The position numbers were made by a program, and so were the translations under genes. A stretch of DNA of 64,000 bases, taken from the NCBI GenBank assembly GCA_963717185.1, contig CAVQVY010000027.1, positions 2,429-66,428 of the forward strand, written 5' to 3'. Below, one piece after another: positions 6,792-16,898 of this stretch. How positions within the stretch are numbered: position 1 is the first letter of the stretch; the number at the start of each line of letters is the position of its first letter. This DNA comes from Candidatus Dormiibacterota bacterium (lineage in GTDB: Bacteria; Chloroflexota; Dormibacteria; Aeolococcales; Aeolococcaceae). The notes beneath the pieces were generated by a model that worked only from the letters and a program-made list of their open reading frames with translations, was not told the DNA's origin and ran no database searches.

Positions 6792-8705
6792 CCCGCCCGG
6801 TGCGCCTGCGCAACAAGCTGGGCTTGCACGCCCGTCCGGTCGCGGAGCTGATCCGGCAGCTGGCCGGCCTCGACGCCCAGGTGCGGATCGGGCGCAGCGG
6901 CCAGCCGGCTACGGATCTGCGCAGCCTGCTGGGCGTCGTCAGCCTGGCCATCCGGGGCGGCGAAACCGCCGACCTGTCGGCCTCCGGACCCGACGCCGAA
7001 ACCGCGCTGGACCGGCTTGAAGGCCTGATCGAGGCGGGCTTCGGCGAGGAGGACGCGGGCGCTCCCGGATCCGGGAGCGCCCAGCCGGCGGATTCCGCGG
7101 CGACCGGGGCCCCTGGCCCGGCCGAGCCAGCGGCCGAGGCGGCAGCGCCGGTACGCGGCGCGCCCGGCCGCGCGATCGGGCCCGCGGTCCGGGTGGCAGT
7201 GCCGGACGTCCCAGAGCGCCCCGGTTCCGGCGCGGACCGGGAGCGCAGCCGCCTGAACGCTGCACTGGACGCGGCGGCCAGGCGGCTGGCCGGCGGCGAC
7301 CCGATGAGCCGTGCGCACGCCGTGCTCCTGGCTGACCCGCAGCTCTGGGCGGCCGCCGAACGCGGCCTGGCCGGCGGCCTCGCCGCCGAGCCGGCCTGGT
7401 GGCACGCGGTGACAACGCTCGCCGGCCAGCTCGCCGCCCGCCCCGACGAACTCGTGGCCGCACGGGCCGCCGACGTCCGCGAAGCAGGCGCGGCGGTCCT
7501 GGGCGAGCTCGGCGAGGTGGTGGACCGGATTCCGCCGGCTGGCGCGCTGCAGGGTGCGGTCCTCGTGGCCGACGAGCTCGGGCCGGGCGAGGTCGCGCGG
7601 GCCGCCGAACGCGGTGCCGTCGCCATCGCCCTGTCCCGCGGCTCGCCGACGGCCCATGCCGTGCTGGTGGGCCGCAACCTCGGTGTGCCCATGGTCCTCG
7701 GCGCCGGCCGGGACCTGGATAACCTCCGGCCCGGAGCGGTACTGGACGTCGACGGTACGGCGGGCACGGTCCAGGTCGATCCGCCCGACCTCGCGGAACG
7801 CCGACGGGCGGTCGCGGCGGCCGCGCGGCGCAGCGCCCGCGAGCGAGAGCTCGCCGCCGCCCCGGTGCAATTCCAGGGCCGGGTCATCCGGGTTGCGGCC
7901 AACGTCGGGTCGGTGGCCGAGGCGCGGGCTGCGGTAGCCGCGGGCGCCGACGGCGTCGGGCCTGCTGCGGACCGAGCTGCTGATGCTCGACTGCCCGCAG
8001 CTGCCGGACGAGGATGCTCAGGCGGCCCAGCTGACCGAGATCTTCGGGGTGCTGGGTGAACGGCCCGTGGTGGTGCGCGTGCTCGACGTCGGCGGCGACA
8101 AGCCCATGCGAGCCCTGGCGCTGGACCCGCAGCACAACGGCTTCCTGGGCGTGCGCGGACTGCGGTGGCTGCTACGTCATCCGGACGTCCTGCACACGCA
8201 GCTGCGGGCCATATGCCGCGCCGCCGCCGGCCACCATGTCGAGGTGATGGCGCCGATGGTCACCCTGGCCCGGGAGGCGGTGGCCTTCCGCGAGGCAGTC
8301 GACGAGGCGGCCGGATCCCTGGCGGCCGGCGGAATCGCCCACGCCCGCCCGGCCCGCGTCGGAGTCATGATCGAGGTCCCGGCCGCGGCCGTAGCCGCCG
8401 ACGAGATCGGCGCGGAGGTGGACTTCGTGTCGGTGGGCACCAACGACCTCATCGCGTACACCATGGCGGCCGACCGGGCCAACGCTGAGGTGGCCGCGCT
8501 CGCGGACCCATCGGCCACTGCGGTATGGCGGCTGCTGGAGCAGGTGTGCGCGGGCGCCGCGCGGGGCAATGCCGACGTCTCGGTCTGCGGCGAACTGGCA
8601 GCTGACGACCGCTTTGCGGCCCGGCTGCTGGGGCTGGGCGTGACCGAGCTGTCGATGGCGGCCGGCCGGATCCCGGCCATCAAGGGCCTCCTGCGAGCTG
8701 GATGA
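6698..8705 (+). pseudogene. HPr domain fused to complete PEP-protein phosphotransferase (enzyme I), phosphoryl donor for DhaKL; frame broken once
   Basis: Three recognisable parts: an HPr-like segment (VRLRNKLGLHARPVAELI), an EI N-terminal and His domain (GSPTAHAVLVGRNLGVPMV), and a PEP-utilizer TIM barrel (DFVSVGTNDLIAYTMAADR). The motif GADGVG|LLRTELLML is split by one extra base at 7958-7962. The two pieces are ORFs 6698-8059 and 7983-8705. Confidence 0.8.
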
Positions 8706-8872
8706 TCACCGCTGCACACCGTCCAGCGATTCTGGATTTAGCTGCCGAAACATTGCCTGCAGTCGTACATACACGTACGTTGAGCCTTAGGACTTCAAGG
8801 ATCATCCTGCACGTCGAAGGGCCGGCCTGACGGACTCGCCGTGGGGTTACCGAGGCCAGCAGCCTGCCCACA

Positions 8873-9859
8873 ATGATGTGGCCGAAGGGGGCAGCGGTGT
8901 CCGATATCACTCCTCTGCGAGGTGAAGGCCGAACCGTCGGGCGAATCGGCGGCCTGTACGGCGAGCTTCTCGCGGAATTCCTGGGCTGCGTATGCCTGAT
9001 CTCCTTCGGAGACGGCGTGGTGGCGATGGCCGTGGCCGCGCTGCCCGGCTCGGGGCGTACCGCCTCGCCGACCACCATCTTCGTGGGCGTCGGCGACTGG
9101 CTGCTGATCGGGTTTGGCTGGGCATTCGCCGTCGCGTTCGCCGTGTGGGTAGCGGGCGGGGTGAGCGGCGCTCACATCAACCCCGCCGTGACCCTGGCCT
9201 TCGCCGTCAGGCGAAAGTTTCCCTTGTGGAAGGTGCGCCCCTACTGGGCCGCCCAGCTGCTCGGCTGCTTCGCCGGCGCCGCCTTGGTGTACCTCGTGTA
9301 CCACTACGCGATCGACGCATACAACCTCGCCGCACACACGCCGAAGAGTTCGGGCAAGGCACTGGCCTCTTACTCGATCTTCGCCACGTTCCCGGCCTCG
9401 TACTTCCACGGCTCGATAGTCGGGCCCCTGGTCGACCAGATCGTCGGCACGGCCTTCCTCGTGCTGTTCGTGGTGGCCGTCATCGACGTCAGGAACACGG
9501 CCGTGGGCGCGAATCTCGGGCCTCTGGTCATCGGCTTCATCGTCGCGGCGATCGGGATCTCGTACGGCGCCAACGCGGGGTATGCCATCAACCCGGCCCG
9601 TGACTTCGGGCCCCGGCTCTTCGCCTACTTCGCCGGGTGGGGAAAGGTGGCCCTGCCCGGGACCTATCGGGCGGCCGGCTTCACCTTCAGCGACTACTTC
9701 TGGATACCCATCGTGGGCCCGCTGATCGGCGGTGTCATCGGCGTGATCGTCTATGACCTGTTCATCGGGGACGTGCTGCACGCCCGGCTGAAGATGGCGG
9801 AAGAGGTCAGCGGCCCGGTCGAGGAGACCCCGGCCGTCCCGGGGAAGACCGGCTCCTAG
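8873..9859 (+). CDS. glpF: MIP-family glycerol uptake facilitator
   Basis: Both NPA boxes are present (GAHINPAVTLAF and YAINPARDFGPRL). It lies directly upstream of glpK. Confidence 0.9.
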   Translation: MMWPKGAAVSDITPLRGEGRTVGRIGGLYGELLAEFLGCVCLISFGDGVVAMAVAALPGSGRTASPTTIFVGVGDWLLIGFGWAFAVAFAVWVAGGVSGAHINPAVTLAFAVRRKFPLWKVRPYWAAQLLGCFAGAALVYLVYHYAIDAYNLAAHTPKSSGKALASYSIFATFPASYFHGSIVGPLVDQIVGTAFLVLFVVAVIDVRNTAVGANLGPLVIGFIVAAIGISYGANAGYAINPARDFGPRLFAYFAGWGKVALPGTYRAAGFTFSDYFWIPIVGPLIGGVIGVIVYDLFIGDVLHARLKMAEEVSGPVEETPAVPGKTGS

Positions 9860-9921
9860 CACGCAACACGTAACCCGTGGCGGACGGCCCGGTCGCCCGA
9901 CCTCACCTACAGGAGGAGTTC

Positions 9922-11436
9922 ATGCCAGATTTCGTCGGCGCCGTCGACCAGGGCACGACCAGCACCCGGTTCATGCTCTTCGACCACTCCGGGAACGAGG
10001 TCGCCAAGCATCAGCTTGAGCACAAGCAGATCCTGCCGCAGGCCGGCTGGGTCGAGCACAATCCGGTCGAGATCTGGACCCGGACCACCGCGGTTGTCCA
10101 GACCGCGCTGAACACAGCGGGCCTGGGGGCCTCGGATCTGGCCGCGCTGGGAATCACGAATCAGCGCGAGACAACCGTCGTGTGGAACCGCAAGACCGGC
10201 CGTCCCTACTACAACGCCATCGTCTGGCAGGACACCCGCACCGACCGCATCGCCAGCGCGCTGGACCGCGATGGGCGCGGCGACGTGATCCGGCGCAAGG
10301 CGGGGCTGCCGCCCGCGACGTACTTCTCGGCCGGGAAGGTGCAGTGGATCCTCGAGAACGTCGACGGCGTGCGGGAGGCGGCCGAGAACGGCGACGCCGT
10401 CTTCGGCAACACCGACTCCTGGCTGATCTGGAATCTCACCGGCGGTCCCGATGGCGGCGTGCACGTGACCGACGTGACCAACGCGAGCCGGACGATGCTC
10501 ATGAACCTGGAGACGCTCGACTGGGATGAGGAACTGATCGGGTTCTTCAATATCCCGCGCGCGATGCTGCCCGAGATCCGGCCCTCGTCGGTCCCGGACG
10601 GCTACGGCGAGATCAGCGGGCTCGGCCCGGTCCGGGGCGTGCCGCTGACCGGCGATCTCGGTGACCAGCAGGCCGCGACCGTCGGCCAGGTGTGCTTCGG
10701 CGTCGGTGAGGCCAAGAACACCTACGGGACCGGCAACTTCTTGCTGCTCAATACCGGCGAGGCTCTGGTCCGCAGCAAGAACGGGCTGCTGACCACCGTG
10801 TGCTACCAGTTCGGTGACACCAAGCCCATCTACGCCCTGGAGGGCTCGATCGCGGTGACCGGATCGGCGGTGCAATGGCTGCGCGACCAGCTCGGCATCA
10901 TCGCCGGAGCGGCCGATTCGGAATCACTGGCCCGCCAGGTGCCCGACAACGGCGGCATGTACTTCGTGCCGGCGTTCTCCGGGCTGTTCGCGCCGTACTG
11001 GCGAAGCGACGCCCGGGGCGCGATCGTCGGGATGTCCCGGTTCAACACCAACGCCCACCTGGCCCGGGCCACCCTGGAGGCCATCTGCTACCAGAGCCGC
11101 GACGTCAGCGAGGCCATGGAGCAGGATTCCGGCGTGCACGTGGAGGTGCTCAAGGTCGACGGCGGCGTGACTGCGAACGATCTGTGCATGCAGCTTCAGG
11201 CCGACATCCTGGGCGTGTCAGTCAGCCGGCCGGTCGTGGCCGAGACGACCGCGCTCGGTGCCGCGTACGCGGCCGGCCTGGCCACCGGGTTCTGGTCGAA
11301 CACCGACGAACTGAAGGTCAACTGGAACGAGTCGAAGCGCTGGGAGCCAGAATGGAGTGACCAGCAGCGCGCCGACGGCTACGCGGGCTGGAAGAAGGCG
11401 GTAGAGCGCACGCTGAACTGGGTGGAGGTCGACTGA
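9922..11436 (+). CDS. glpK: Glycerol kinase
   Basis: [30 protein letters not shown] and GDQQAAT motifs. ATG 9922 is preceded by AGGAGGAG. Confidence 0.95.
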   Translation: MPDFVGAVDQGTTSTRFMLFDHSGNEVAKHQLEHKQILPQAGWVEHNPVEIWTRTTAVVQTALNTAGLGASDLAALGITNQRETTVVWNRKTGRPYYNAIVWQDTRTDRIASALDRDGRGDVIRRKAGLPPATYFSAGKVQWILENVDGVREAAENGDAVFGNTDSWLIWNLTGGPDGGVHVTDVTNASRTMLMNLETLDWDEELIGFFNIPRAMLPEIRPSSVPDGYGEISGLGPVRGVPLTGDLGDQQAATVGQVCFGVGEAKNTYGTGNFLLLNTGEALVRSKNGLLTTVCYQFGDTKPIYALEGSIAVTGSAVQWLRDQLGIIAGAADSESLARQVPDNGGMYFVPAFSGLFAPYWRSDARGAIVGMSRFNTNAHLARATLEAICYQSRDVSEAMEQDSGVHVEVLKVDGGVTANDLCMQLQADILGVSVSRPVVAETTALGAAYAAGLATGFWSNTDELKVNWNESKRWEPEWSDQQRADGYAGWKKAVERTLNWVEVD

Positions 11437-11440
11437 ACCG

Positions 11441-13162
11441 GTGGCACCGGAACTGCAGCCCACGGCGGAACTGTCCCCCGCGGCGCGAGAGGATGCGATC
11501 GCCCGGATGGCGGCGACCGAAGTCGACGTTCTGGTCGTCGGCGGCGGAGTGGTCGGGGCCGGCTGCGCGCTCGATGCGGTGACCCGCGGCCTGACGACGG
11601 CGATCGTCGAGGCGCGGGACTGGGCCAGCGGGACCTCCAGCCGGTCGAGCAAGCTCATCCACGGCGGCCTGCGATACCTGGAGATGCTCGACTTCGGCCT
11701 GGTCCGGGAGGCCCTCACCGAGCGGGGGCTGCTGCTCGACCGCATCGCCCCGCACCTCGTCCGGCCCGTGCCGTTCCTGTATCCGCTGCAGCACCACTGG
11801 GAACGCGAATACGTGGGCGCCGGGGTGGCCTTGTACGACGCGATGGCGTTCACGTCGGGCACCGCGCACGGGCTGAAGCACCACCGGCACCTGACCCGGA
11901 AGGGGGCCCTGCGCGAGGCTCCATGCCTGCGCAAAGACGCCCTGACCGGGGCCGTGCAGTACTGGGACGCCCAGGTGGACGACGCCCGGCATACGATGAC
12001 CGTCGTGCGGACCGCCGCCGCCTTCGGCGCGCTGGCGGCCAACCGGGCTCAGGTCACCGGTTTCCTGCGGCAGGGCGAGCGGGTGACCGGCGCGGCCGTG
12101 ACCGACCTGGAGGCCGGCCGGACGTTCGAGGTACGCGCCCAGCAGGTCATCAACGCGACCGGCGTATGGACCGACGACACGCAGGCCCTCGCCGATACCC
12201 GCGGCCAGTTCCACGTGCGGGCGTCCAAGGGCATCCACCTGGTCGTGCCGCGTGACCGGCTGCAGTCCAACACCGGGATCATCCTGCGGACCGAGACGAG
12301 CGTGCTGTTCGTCATTCCCTGGGGGCGGCACTGGATCATCGGCACCACCGATACGGACTGGTCGCTGGAGAAGGCCCACCCGGCCGCCAGCTCCAGCGAC
12401 ATCGACTATCTGCTCGGGCACGTCAACGCCGTCCTCAACTCCCCGCTGACCAGGGAGGATGTCGAGGGTGTCTACGCCGGCCTGCGGCCGCTGCTGAGCG
12501 GTGAGTCCGAGTCGACGTCGAAGCTGTCGCGCGAGCATGTGGTGGGGCACCCGGTCCCGGGCCTGGTCGTCGTGGCCGGCGGCAAGTACACGACCTACCG
12601 CGTGATGGCGGCCGACGCCGTCAACGAGGCGGCCCGCAGCCTGGACGAGCGGGTCCCGGAGTCCTGCACCGACCAGGTGCCCCTGCTCGGCGCGGACGGC
12701 TACCGGGCGCTGTGGAACCAGCGCCGGGCGCTGGCCGAGACCGCTGGCGTGCACCCGGTCCGCGTCGAGCACCTGCTCAACCGGTACGGGTCGTGCGTGC
12801 ACGAACTGCTGGCCATGCTGAAGAAGGATCCGGCGCTGGCCGAGCCGCTGCCGGGAGCCGACGATTACCTGCAGGTCGAGGCGCGCTACGCGGCCACCCA
12901 CGAGGGTGCCCGTCATCTGGACGATGTCCTGGCCCGGCGGACCCGGATCTCGATCGAGAGCTGGGACCGGGGCGTCGCCGCCGCGCCCACCGTGGCCTCG
13001 CTCATGGCATCGGTGCTGAACTGGGACGACGAGGAGAAGCAGCGGGAGATCGACCACTACCTGGCCCGGGTCCGGGCCGAACGCGATTCGCAGACCAAGC
13101 CCGACGACGACACCGCCGAGGCGGCCCGGCTCGGCGCGCCCGACATCGCCGCCCTCCGCTGA
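11441..13162 (+). CDS. glpD: FAD-dependent glycerol-3-phosphate dehydrogenase
   Basis: DVLVVGGGVVGAGCALDAVTRGL...SGTSSRSSKLIHGGLRYLE. It starts 5 nt after glpK. Confidence 0.9.
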   Translation: MAPELQPTAELSPAAREDAIARMAATEVDVLVVGGGVVGAGCALDAVTRGLTTAIVEARDWASGTSSRSSKLIHGGLRYLEMLDFGLVREALTERGLLLDRIAPHLVRPVPFLYPLQHHWEREYVGAGVALYDAMAFTSGTAHGLKHHRHLTRKGALREAPCLRKDALTGAVQYWDAQVDDARHTMTVVRTAAAFGALAANRAQVTGFLRQGERVTGAAVTDLEAGRTFEVRAQQVINATGVWTDDTQALADTRGQFHVRASKGIHLVVPRDRLQSNTGIILRTETSVLFVIPWGRHWIIGTTDTDWSLEKAHPAASSSDIDYLLGHVNAVLNSPLTREDVEGVYAGLRPLLSGESESTSKLSREHVVGHPVPGLVVVAGGKYTTYRVMAADAVNEAARSLDERVPESCTDQVPLLGADGYRALWNQRRALAETAGVHPVRVEHLLNRYGSCVHELLAMLKKDPALAEPLPGADDYLQVEARYAATHEGARHLDDVLARRTRISIESWDRGVAAAPTVASLMASVLNWDDEEKQREIDHYLARVRAERDSQTKPDDDTAEAARLGAPDIAALR

Positions 13163-13178
13163 GCCTGCGCCTGGCCCG

Positions 13179-13682
13179 TCAGTGGCCCGTGCAGCCGACG
13201 GCGGCGGCGTACTGGGCGGACGGGAGCCGGTACAGCCGGGCCGCGGCCGGGTTGCTGAGCAGCAGGTCGAAGCCCCATCGGCCATGGGTGTAGAACCAGT
13301 AGTCGGTGAACTGCTGCCCGCCGATCTCGTAGCGGACCAGCCAGGCCCCGTGCGGGCCGGGCGCCGCGCTCTCTACGTGGGCCGGTGCCTGCGGCGCGGT
13401 CGCGCACTCGGCGTGCCGCCGGATGTATTCGGCCCGGGAGATGACCGCCTGGCTGCGGGCATCCCACCGGTCGTAGACCGGCCCGTCGTTGTTCCGGCCG
13501 AAGTCGGTGTTGAACACCTGGGCGATGCGGACCAGCGCCGCCGCGGTCGATGGATCAGGGCTCGGCTGCGTCGTCGGCGCCAGGCTGTGCGGGCTCCCGG
13601 TGGGGCCGGGGTGGCGGGCGGGCGAAGAGCATCCGCCCAGGCCGATCGCCAGGACCAGGATCGCCACGACCCGGTGCCGCAT
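13179..13682 (-). CDS. Putative lipoprotein, unknown function
   Basis: 167-aa ORF with signal peptide MRHRVVAILVLAIGLGGCSS (lipobox LGGC). No recognised domain. Confidence 0.6.
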   Translation of the reverse strand: MRHRVVAILVLAIGLGGCSSPARHPGPTGSPHSLAPTTQPSPDPSTAAALVRIAQVFNTDFGRNNDGPVYDRWDARSQAVISRAEYIRRHAECATAPQAPAHVESAAPGPHGAWLVRYEIGGQQFTDYWFYTHGRWGFDLLLSNPAAARLYRLPSAQYAAAVGCTGH

Positions 13683-13818
13683 CCGCCACCTCCCCGCTGA
13701 CCTCGCTGGCTCCCAGGAACAGTACCCAGGCTTGTCCCCTGATGGTGGCCGACGCCCAAGACCGCGGGCCAGGGCCTGCGTCCCGCCCCGGGACGGCCCG
13801 CGCGGAAAGTGGTGCCGG

Positions 13819-13856
13819 TTGACACATTTGTTTGGAAAGTATACGAACTAATGGAT
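13819..13856 (+). promoter_or_regulatory. AT-rich patch with a TTGACA -35-like hexamer upstream of the GH2 gene
   Basis: TTGACA at 13819-13824 is followed by CATTTGTTTGGAAAGTATACGAACTAATGG. This is the only AT-rich stretch in the 210-bp intergenic region. No clean -10 hexamer lies at canonical spacing. Confidence 0.3.
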
Positions 13857-13892
13857 TGCTGGGGGTTGTCGCACGCGGTCGGCGGCTGCGGG

Positions 13893-16880
13893 ATGGGAGT
13901 TGCCAGGATGAGCCGGACCAATCGCCGCTTCACTGCCCGCTGGGCCGCTCCGGTGGTATCGCTCGTGGCGCTGGCCGGGCTGGCGTCCACGGCCCAGGCC
14001 ACGCCGCATGCTGCGGCGTCCCCGGCCGGCCGCGCAAGGCCCGTGCTGGCCGCGGCGACCAGCCCCGGCTCATCGTCGGGTACCGGCTACCGCGGCACCG
14101 GGGCCAGCGACGTGTCGAACCTGGGATCGGCCGGCTGGCAGGTGCAGAGCAGCGCGGTCGCGACCCAGACCGGGGCGCAGATCTCCACACCGGGCTTCAG
14201 CACCAGCGGCTGGCTGCCCGTCCGCAACGACGACGCGGGCGCCCCGGGAACCGAGATCGAGGCCCTGGCGCAGAACGGCCGGTGCCCGGGCGATACCAGT
14301 TTGCAGCCGGTGAACCAGAGCAACGACAGCCCGCACAGCGTCTTCTTCTCGGCCAACATGAAGAGCTGCTACGGCTACATGAACACGGTCGGCGCCGACA
14401 CCGTCTCCCAGTTCGCCGTGCCATGGTGGTGGCGGACCGACTTCACCCCTCACCTGCGGGCCGGCCAGGCCGCCACGCTGATCGTCAACGGCGTGATCGG
14501 CTCCGCGGACGTCTGGGTCAACGGCCATGAGGTAGCGACCTCCAGCACGGTCACCGGCGCCTACACCAGGTTCACGTTCGGCATCACCGGGCTGGTCAGG
14601 CCCGGGACGAACTCGCTGGCCATCGAGGTGAACCCGAACAACCCGAACACCATGTTCACCCTCGACGACGTGGACTGGAACCAGATCCCGCCGGACAACA
14701 ACACCGGCATCCAGTTCCCGGTCCAGCTCGCGGCCGGTGGCGCGCTGTCCGACGGCAACGCCCACGTGACCGAGAACAACACTTCGGACCTGAGCACCTC
14801 GGCGCTGACGGTCAAGACCGACGTCATCAACGACACCGCCACGTCGCAGAGCGGCACGGTGACCGCAACCATCACCCCGCCGCGACCCGGTCCGCCGATC
14901 ACGGTCACACAGAATGTGACGGTCCCGGCGAGCACCACGCAGACGGTCACCTTCACGCCGGGCCGGTACCCGGGGCTGACCATCACGCGACCGCAGGTCT
15001 GGTGGCCGTACCAGATGGGCGCCCAGCCCCTGTACACCTTGTCCACGTCGGTGTCGCAGCGCGGCATGGTGCTGAACTCCACCAGCGAATCGTTCGGGAT
15101 CAGGAATGTCACTTCCTACCTGACCACCGGCACCTCGGCGGGCGCACCGAGCGGGGCGCGGGCGTTCAAGATCAACGGCGTGCCGCTCGTGGTCCGCGGC
15201 GGCGGCTTCTCGCCGAACATCTTCCTGCACTACTCGGCGGCCGACATCGCCCGGCAGATTGCGCTGATGAAGAACATGGGGGTCAACACGATCCGCCTGG
15301 AAGGCCACATCATGCCGAACGACTTCTTCGAGCAGATGGACCGGGCCGGGATCCTGGTCAACGCGGGCTACCAGTGCTGTGACGCATGGGAGCTGCAGTC
15401 CAGCGGGCTGACCACCCCGGCCGACTACCAGATCATGCGGAACTCGGCGCTGACGATCGGCCAGAACCTGCGCAACCACCCGAGCGTCTTCAGCTTCCAG
15501 TGGAGCGACCAGCCACCGCTGGCCGAGCAGGAGTCGGTGTCACTGAGCGCCTTCAGGCAGGCCGACTTCACCGATCCGGTGATCTCCTCGGCCGAGTACA
15601 ACACCAGCCCGCAGCTCGGCGCCTCCGGTGAGAAGGAAGGCCCGTACGACTGGGTCCCGCCCGGTTACTGGTACGACACCACGCACTACGCCACCAACGA
15701 CTCCACGCAGACCAACGCGGGCGGGTCGTGGGGGTACGACAGCGAGGAAAGCGCGGGCGACACCATCCCCACCATGGACTCGCTGAACCGCTTCATGTCA
15801 GCCAGCGACAAGTCGAGCCTGTGGCAGAGCCCGAAGGCCAACCAGTACCACCTGAACTATGAGCCAAAGTGCCAGACCGGCTACTCGTTCGGCACGCTAT
15901 GCCACTTTGACGCCGCGCTGGACGCCCGGTACGGCACCCCGGCCAGCCTGAGCCAGTACGTCGAGGAGGCGCAGGCCCAGAACTACGAGAACACCCGGGC
16001 CCAGTTCGAGGCGTTCATCGACCATGCGAACAACACCCCCGTCCCGTCGACCGGGACGATCTACTGGCAGCTGAACAAGGGATGGCCGAGCCTGCTGTGG
16101 AACCTCTACGGCAGCGACGGCGACCAGGCCGGAAGCTACTTCGGCACACAGGAGGCCAACCGGCCGCTGCACGCGCTGTACGCGCTGGACAACGGGACGG
16201 TCGCGCTGGACAATCTGGGCGGCACGTCGCAGTCCGGCCTGTCGGTGGAGGCCAAGGTGTACAACCTGGCCGGGAAGGTGCTCGATGACCAGACCGCGGG
16301 CGGCATAACCCTGGGCCGCCAGCAGGTGGCCGGCAACGTGCTGACCCCGAAAGTACCGTCCGGAAAGCCGGGCAGTGCCTACTTCGTCGAGCTGCTGCTG
16401 AAGCGGGACGGCTCGCTCGTCGACCGGAACGTCTACTGGCTGTCCACCCAGCCCGACGTGGTGAACTGGGCGAAGACGCTGGGCCAGCCGCAGGCCGTGA
16501 TGACTCAGTACGCGAACCTTAAGTCGCTGCGGACGCTGCCCGCCTCGTGCGTTTCCGCCACCGCCGCCACGACCCGGAAGGCCGGGCCCGCCAGGTCGGA
16601 TCTGGCCACCACCGTCACGGTCACCAACACCTCGGCGTCGGCCGTCGCGTTCCTGCTCCGCGCCGACGTGCGCCGGGGCACCGCCACCGGCCAGGAACTG
16701 CCGGGCGACAACGAGCTGCAATCCTCGCTCTGGCAAGGCAACGACATCACGCTGTTCCCGGGCGAGTCGCAGACCCTGACCGTCACCTACGACTCGGCCG
16801 GCCTGCATGGCGCGACCCCGGTGATCAGCCTGTCGGGCTGGAATGTGCCCAAGCTCGACGTCGCGGCGCCGGCGCCCTAG
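13893..16880 (+). CDS. Secreted glycoside hydrolase family 2, exo-beta-D-glucosaminidase (CsxA)-like
   Basis: ~990-aa ORF. The signal peptide MSRTNRRFTARWAAPVVSLVALAGLASTAQA has a twin arginine. GH2-type sugar-binding, Ig-like and TIM-barrel layout (FKINGVPLVVRGGGFSPN, NTIRLEGH, WSDQP). The start is ATG 13893 or 13908. Confidence 0.8.
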   Translation: MGVARMSRTNRRFTARWAAPVVSLVALAGLASTAQATPHAAASPAGRARPVLAAATSPGSSSGTGYRGTGASDVSNLGSAGWQVQSSAVATQTGAQISTPGFSTSGWLPVRNDDAGAPGTEIEALAQNGRCPGDTSLQPVNQSNDSPHSVFFSANMKSCYGYMNTVGADTVSQFAVPWWWRTDFTPHLRAGQAATLIVNGVIGSADVWVNGHEVATSSTVTGAYTRFTFGITGLVRPGTNSLAIEVNPNNPNTMFTLDDVDWNQIPPDNNTGIQFPVQLAAGGALSDGNAHVTENNTSDLSTSALTVKTDVINDTATSQSGTVTATITPPRPGPPITVTQNVTVPASTTQTVTFTPGRYPGLTITRPQVWWPYQMGAQPLYTLSTSVSQRGMVLNSTSESFGIRNVTSYLTTGTSAGAPSGARAFKINGVPLVVRGGGFSPNIFLHYSAADIARQIALMKNMGVNTIRLEGHIMPNDFFEQMDRAGILVNAGYQCCDAWELQSSGLTTPADYQIMRNSALTIGQNLRNHPSVFSFQWSDQPPLAEQESVSLSAFRQADFTDPVISSAEYNTSPQLGASGEKEGPYDWVPPGYWYDTTHYATNDSTQTNAGGSWGYDSEESAGDTIPTMDSLNRFMSASDKSSLWQSPKANQYHLNYEPKCQTGYSFGTLCHFDAALDARYGTPASLSQYVEEAQAQNYENTRAQFEAFIDHANNTPVPSTGTIYWQLNKGWPSLLWNLYGSDGDQAGSYFGTQEANRPLHALYALDNGTVALDNLGGTSQSGLSVEAKVYNLAGKVLDDQTAGGITLGRQQVAGNVLTPKVPSGKPGSAYFVELLLKRDGSLVDRNVYWLSTQPDVVNWAKTLGQPQAVMTQYANLKSLRTLPASCVSATAATTRKAGPARSDLATTVTVTNTSASAVAFLLRADVRRGTATGQELPGDNELQSSLWQGNDITLFPGESQTLTVTYDSAGLHGATPVISLSGWNVPKLDVAAPAP

Positions 16881-16898
16881 CCCCGGCCGGTCAGCGAC

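Noticed and set aside
5894-7902. Very long antisense ORFs: 5894-7870 (658 aa) and 6445-7902 (485 aa). The same pattern occurs at 11318-13285, 14070-15479, 23145-26099, 25679-27583, 39319-41001, 54317-56602 and 60516-62111.
   Set aside because: Their translations are Arg/Pro/Gly/Ala-rich low-complexity strings with no motifs. Each lies opposite an ORF with clear family signatures (dhaM/EI, glpD, GH2, nuoL/M/N, sdhA, the GltD-like fusion, GGDEF-EAL). These are the typical stop-codon-poor shadow frames of ~70% GC DNA.
13825-13856. A CsnR-type (ROK regulator) operator upstream of the GH2 gene.
   Set aside because: Only a half-site-like GGAAAG is present and there is no palindromic partner. My recollection of the CsnR box consensus is also not firm enough to support a call.
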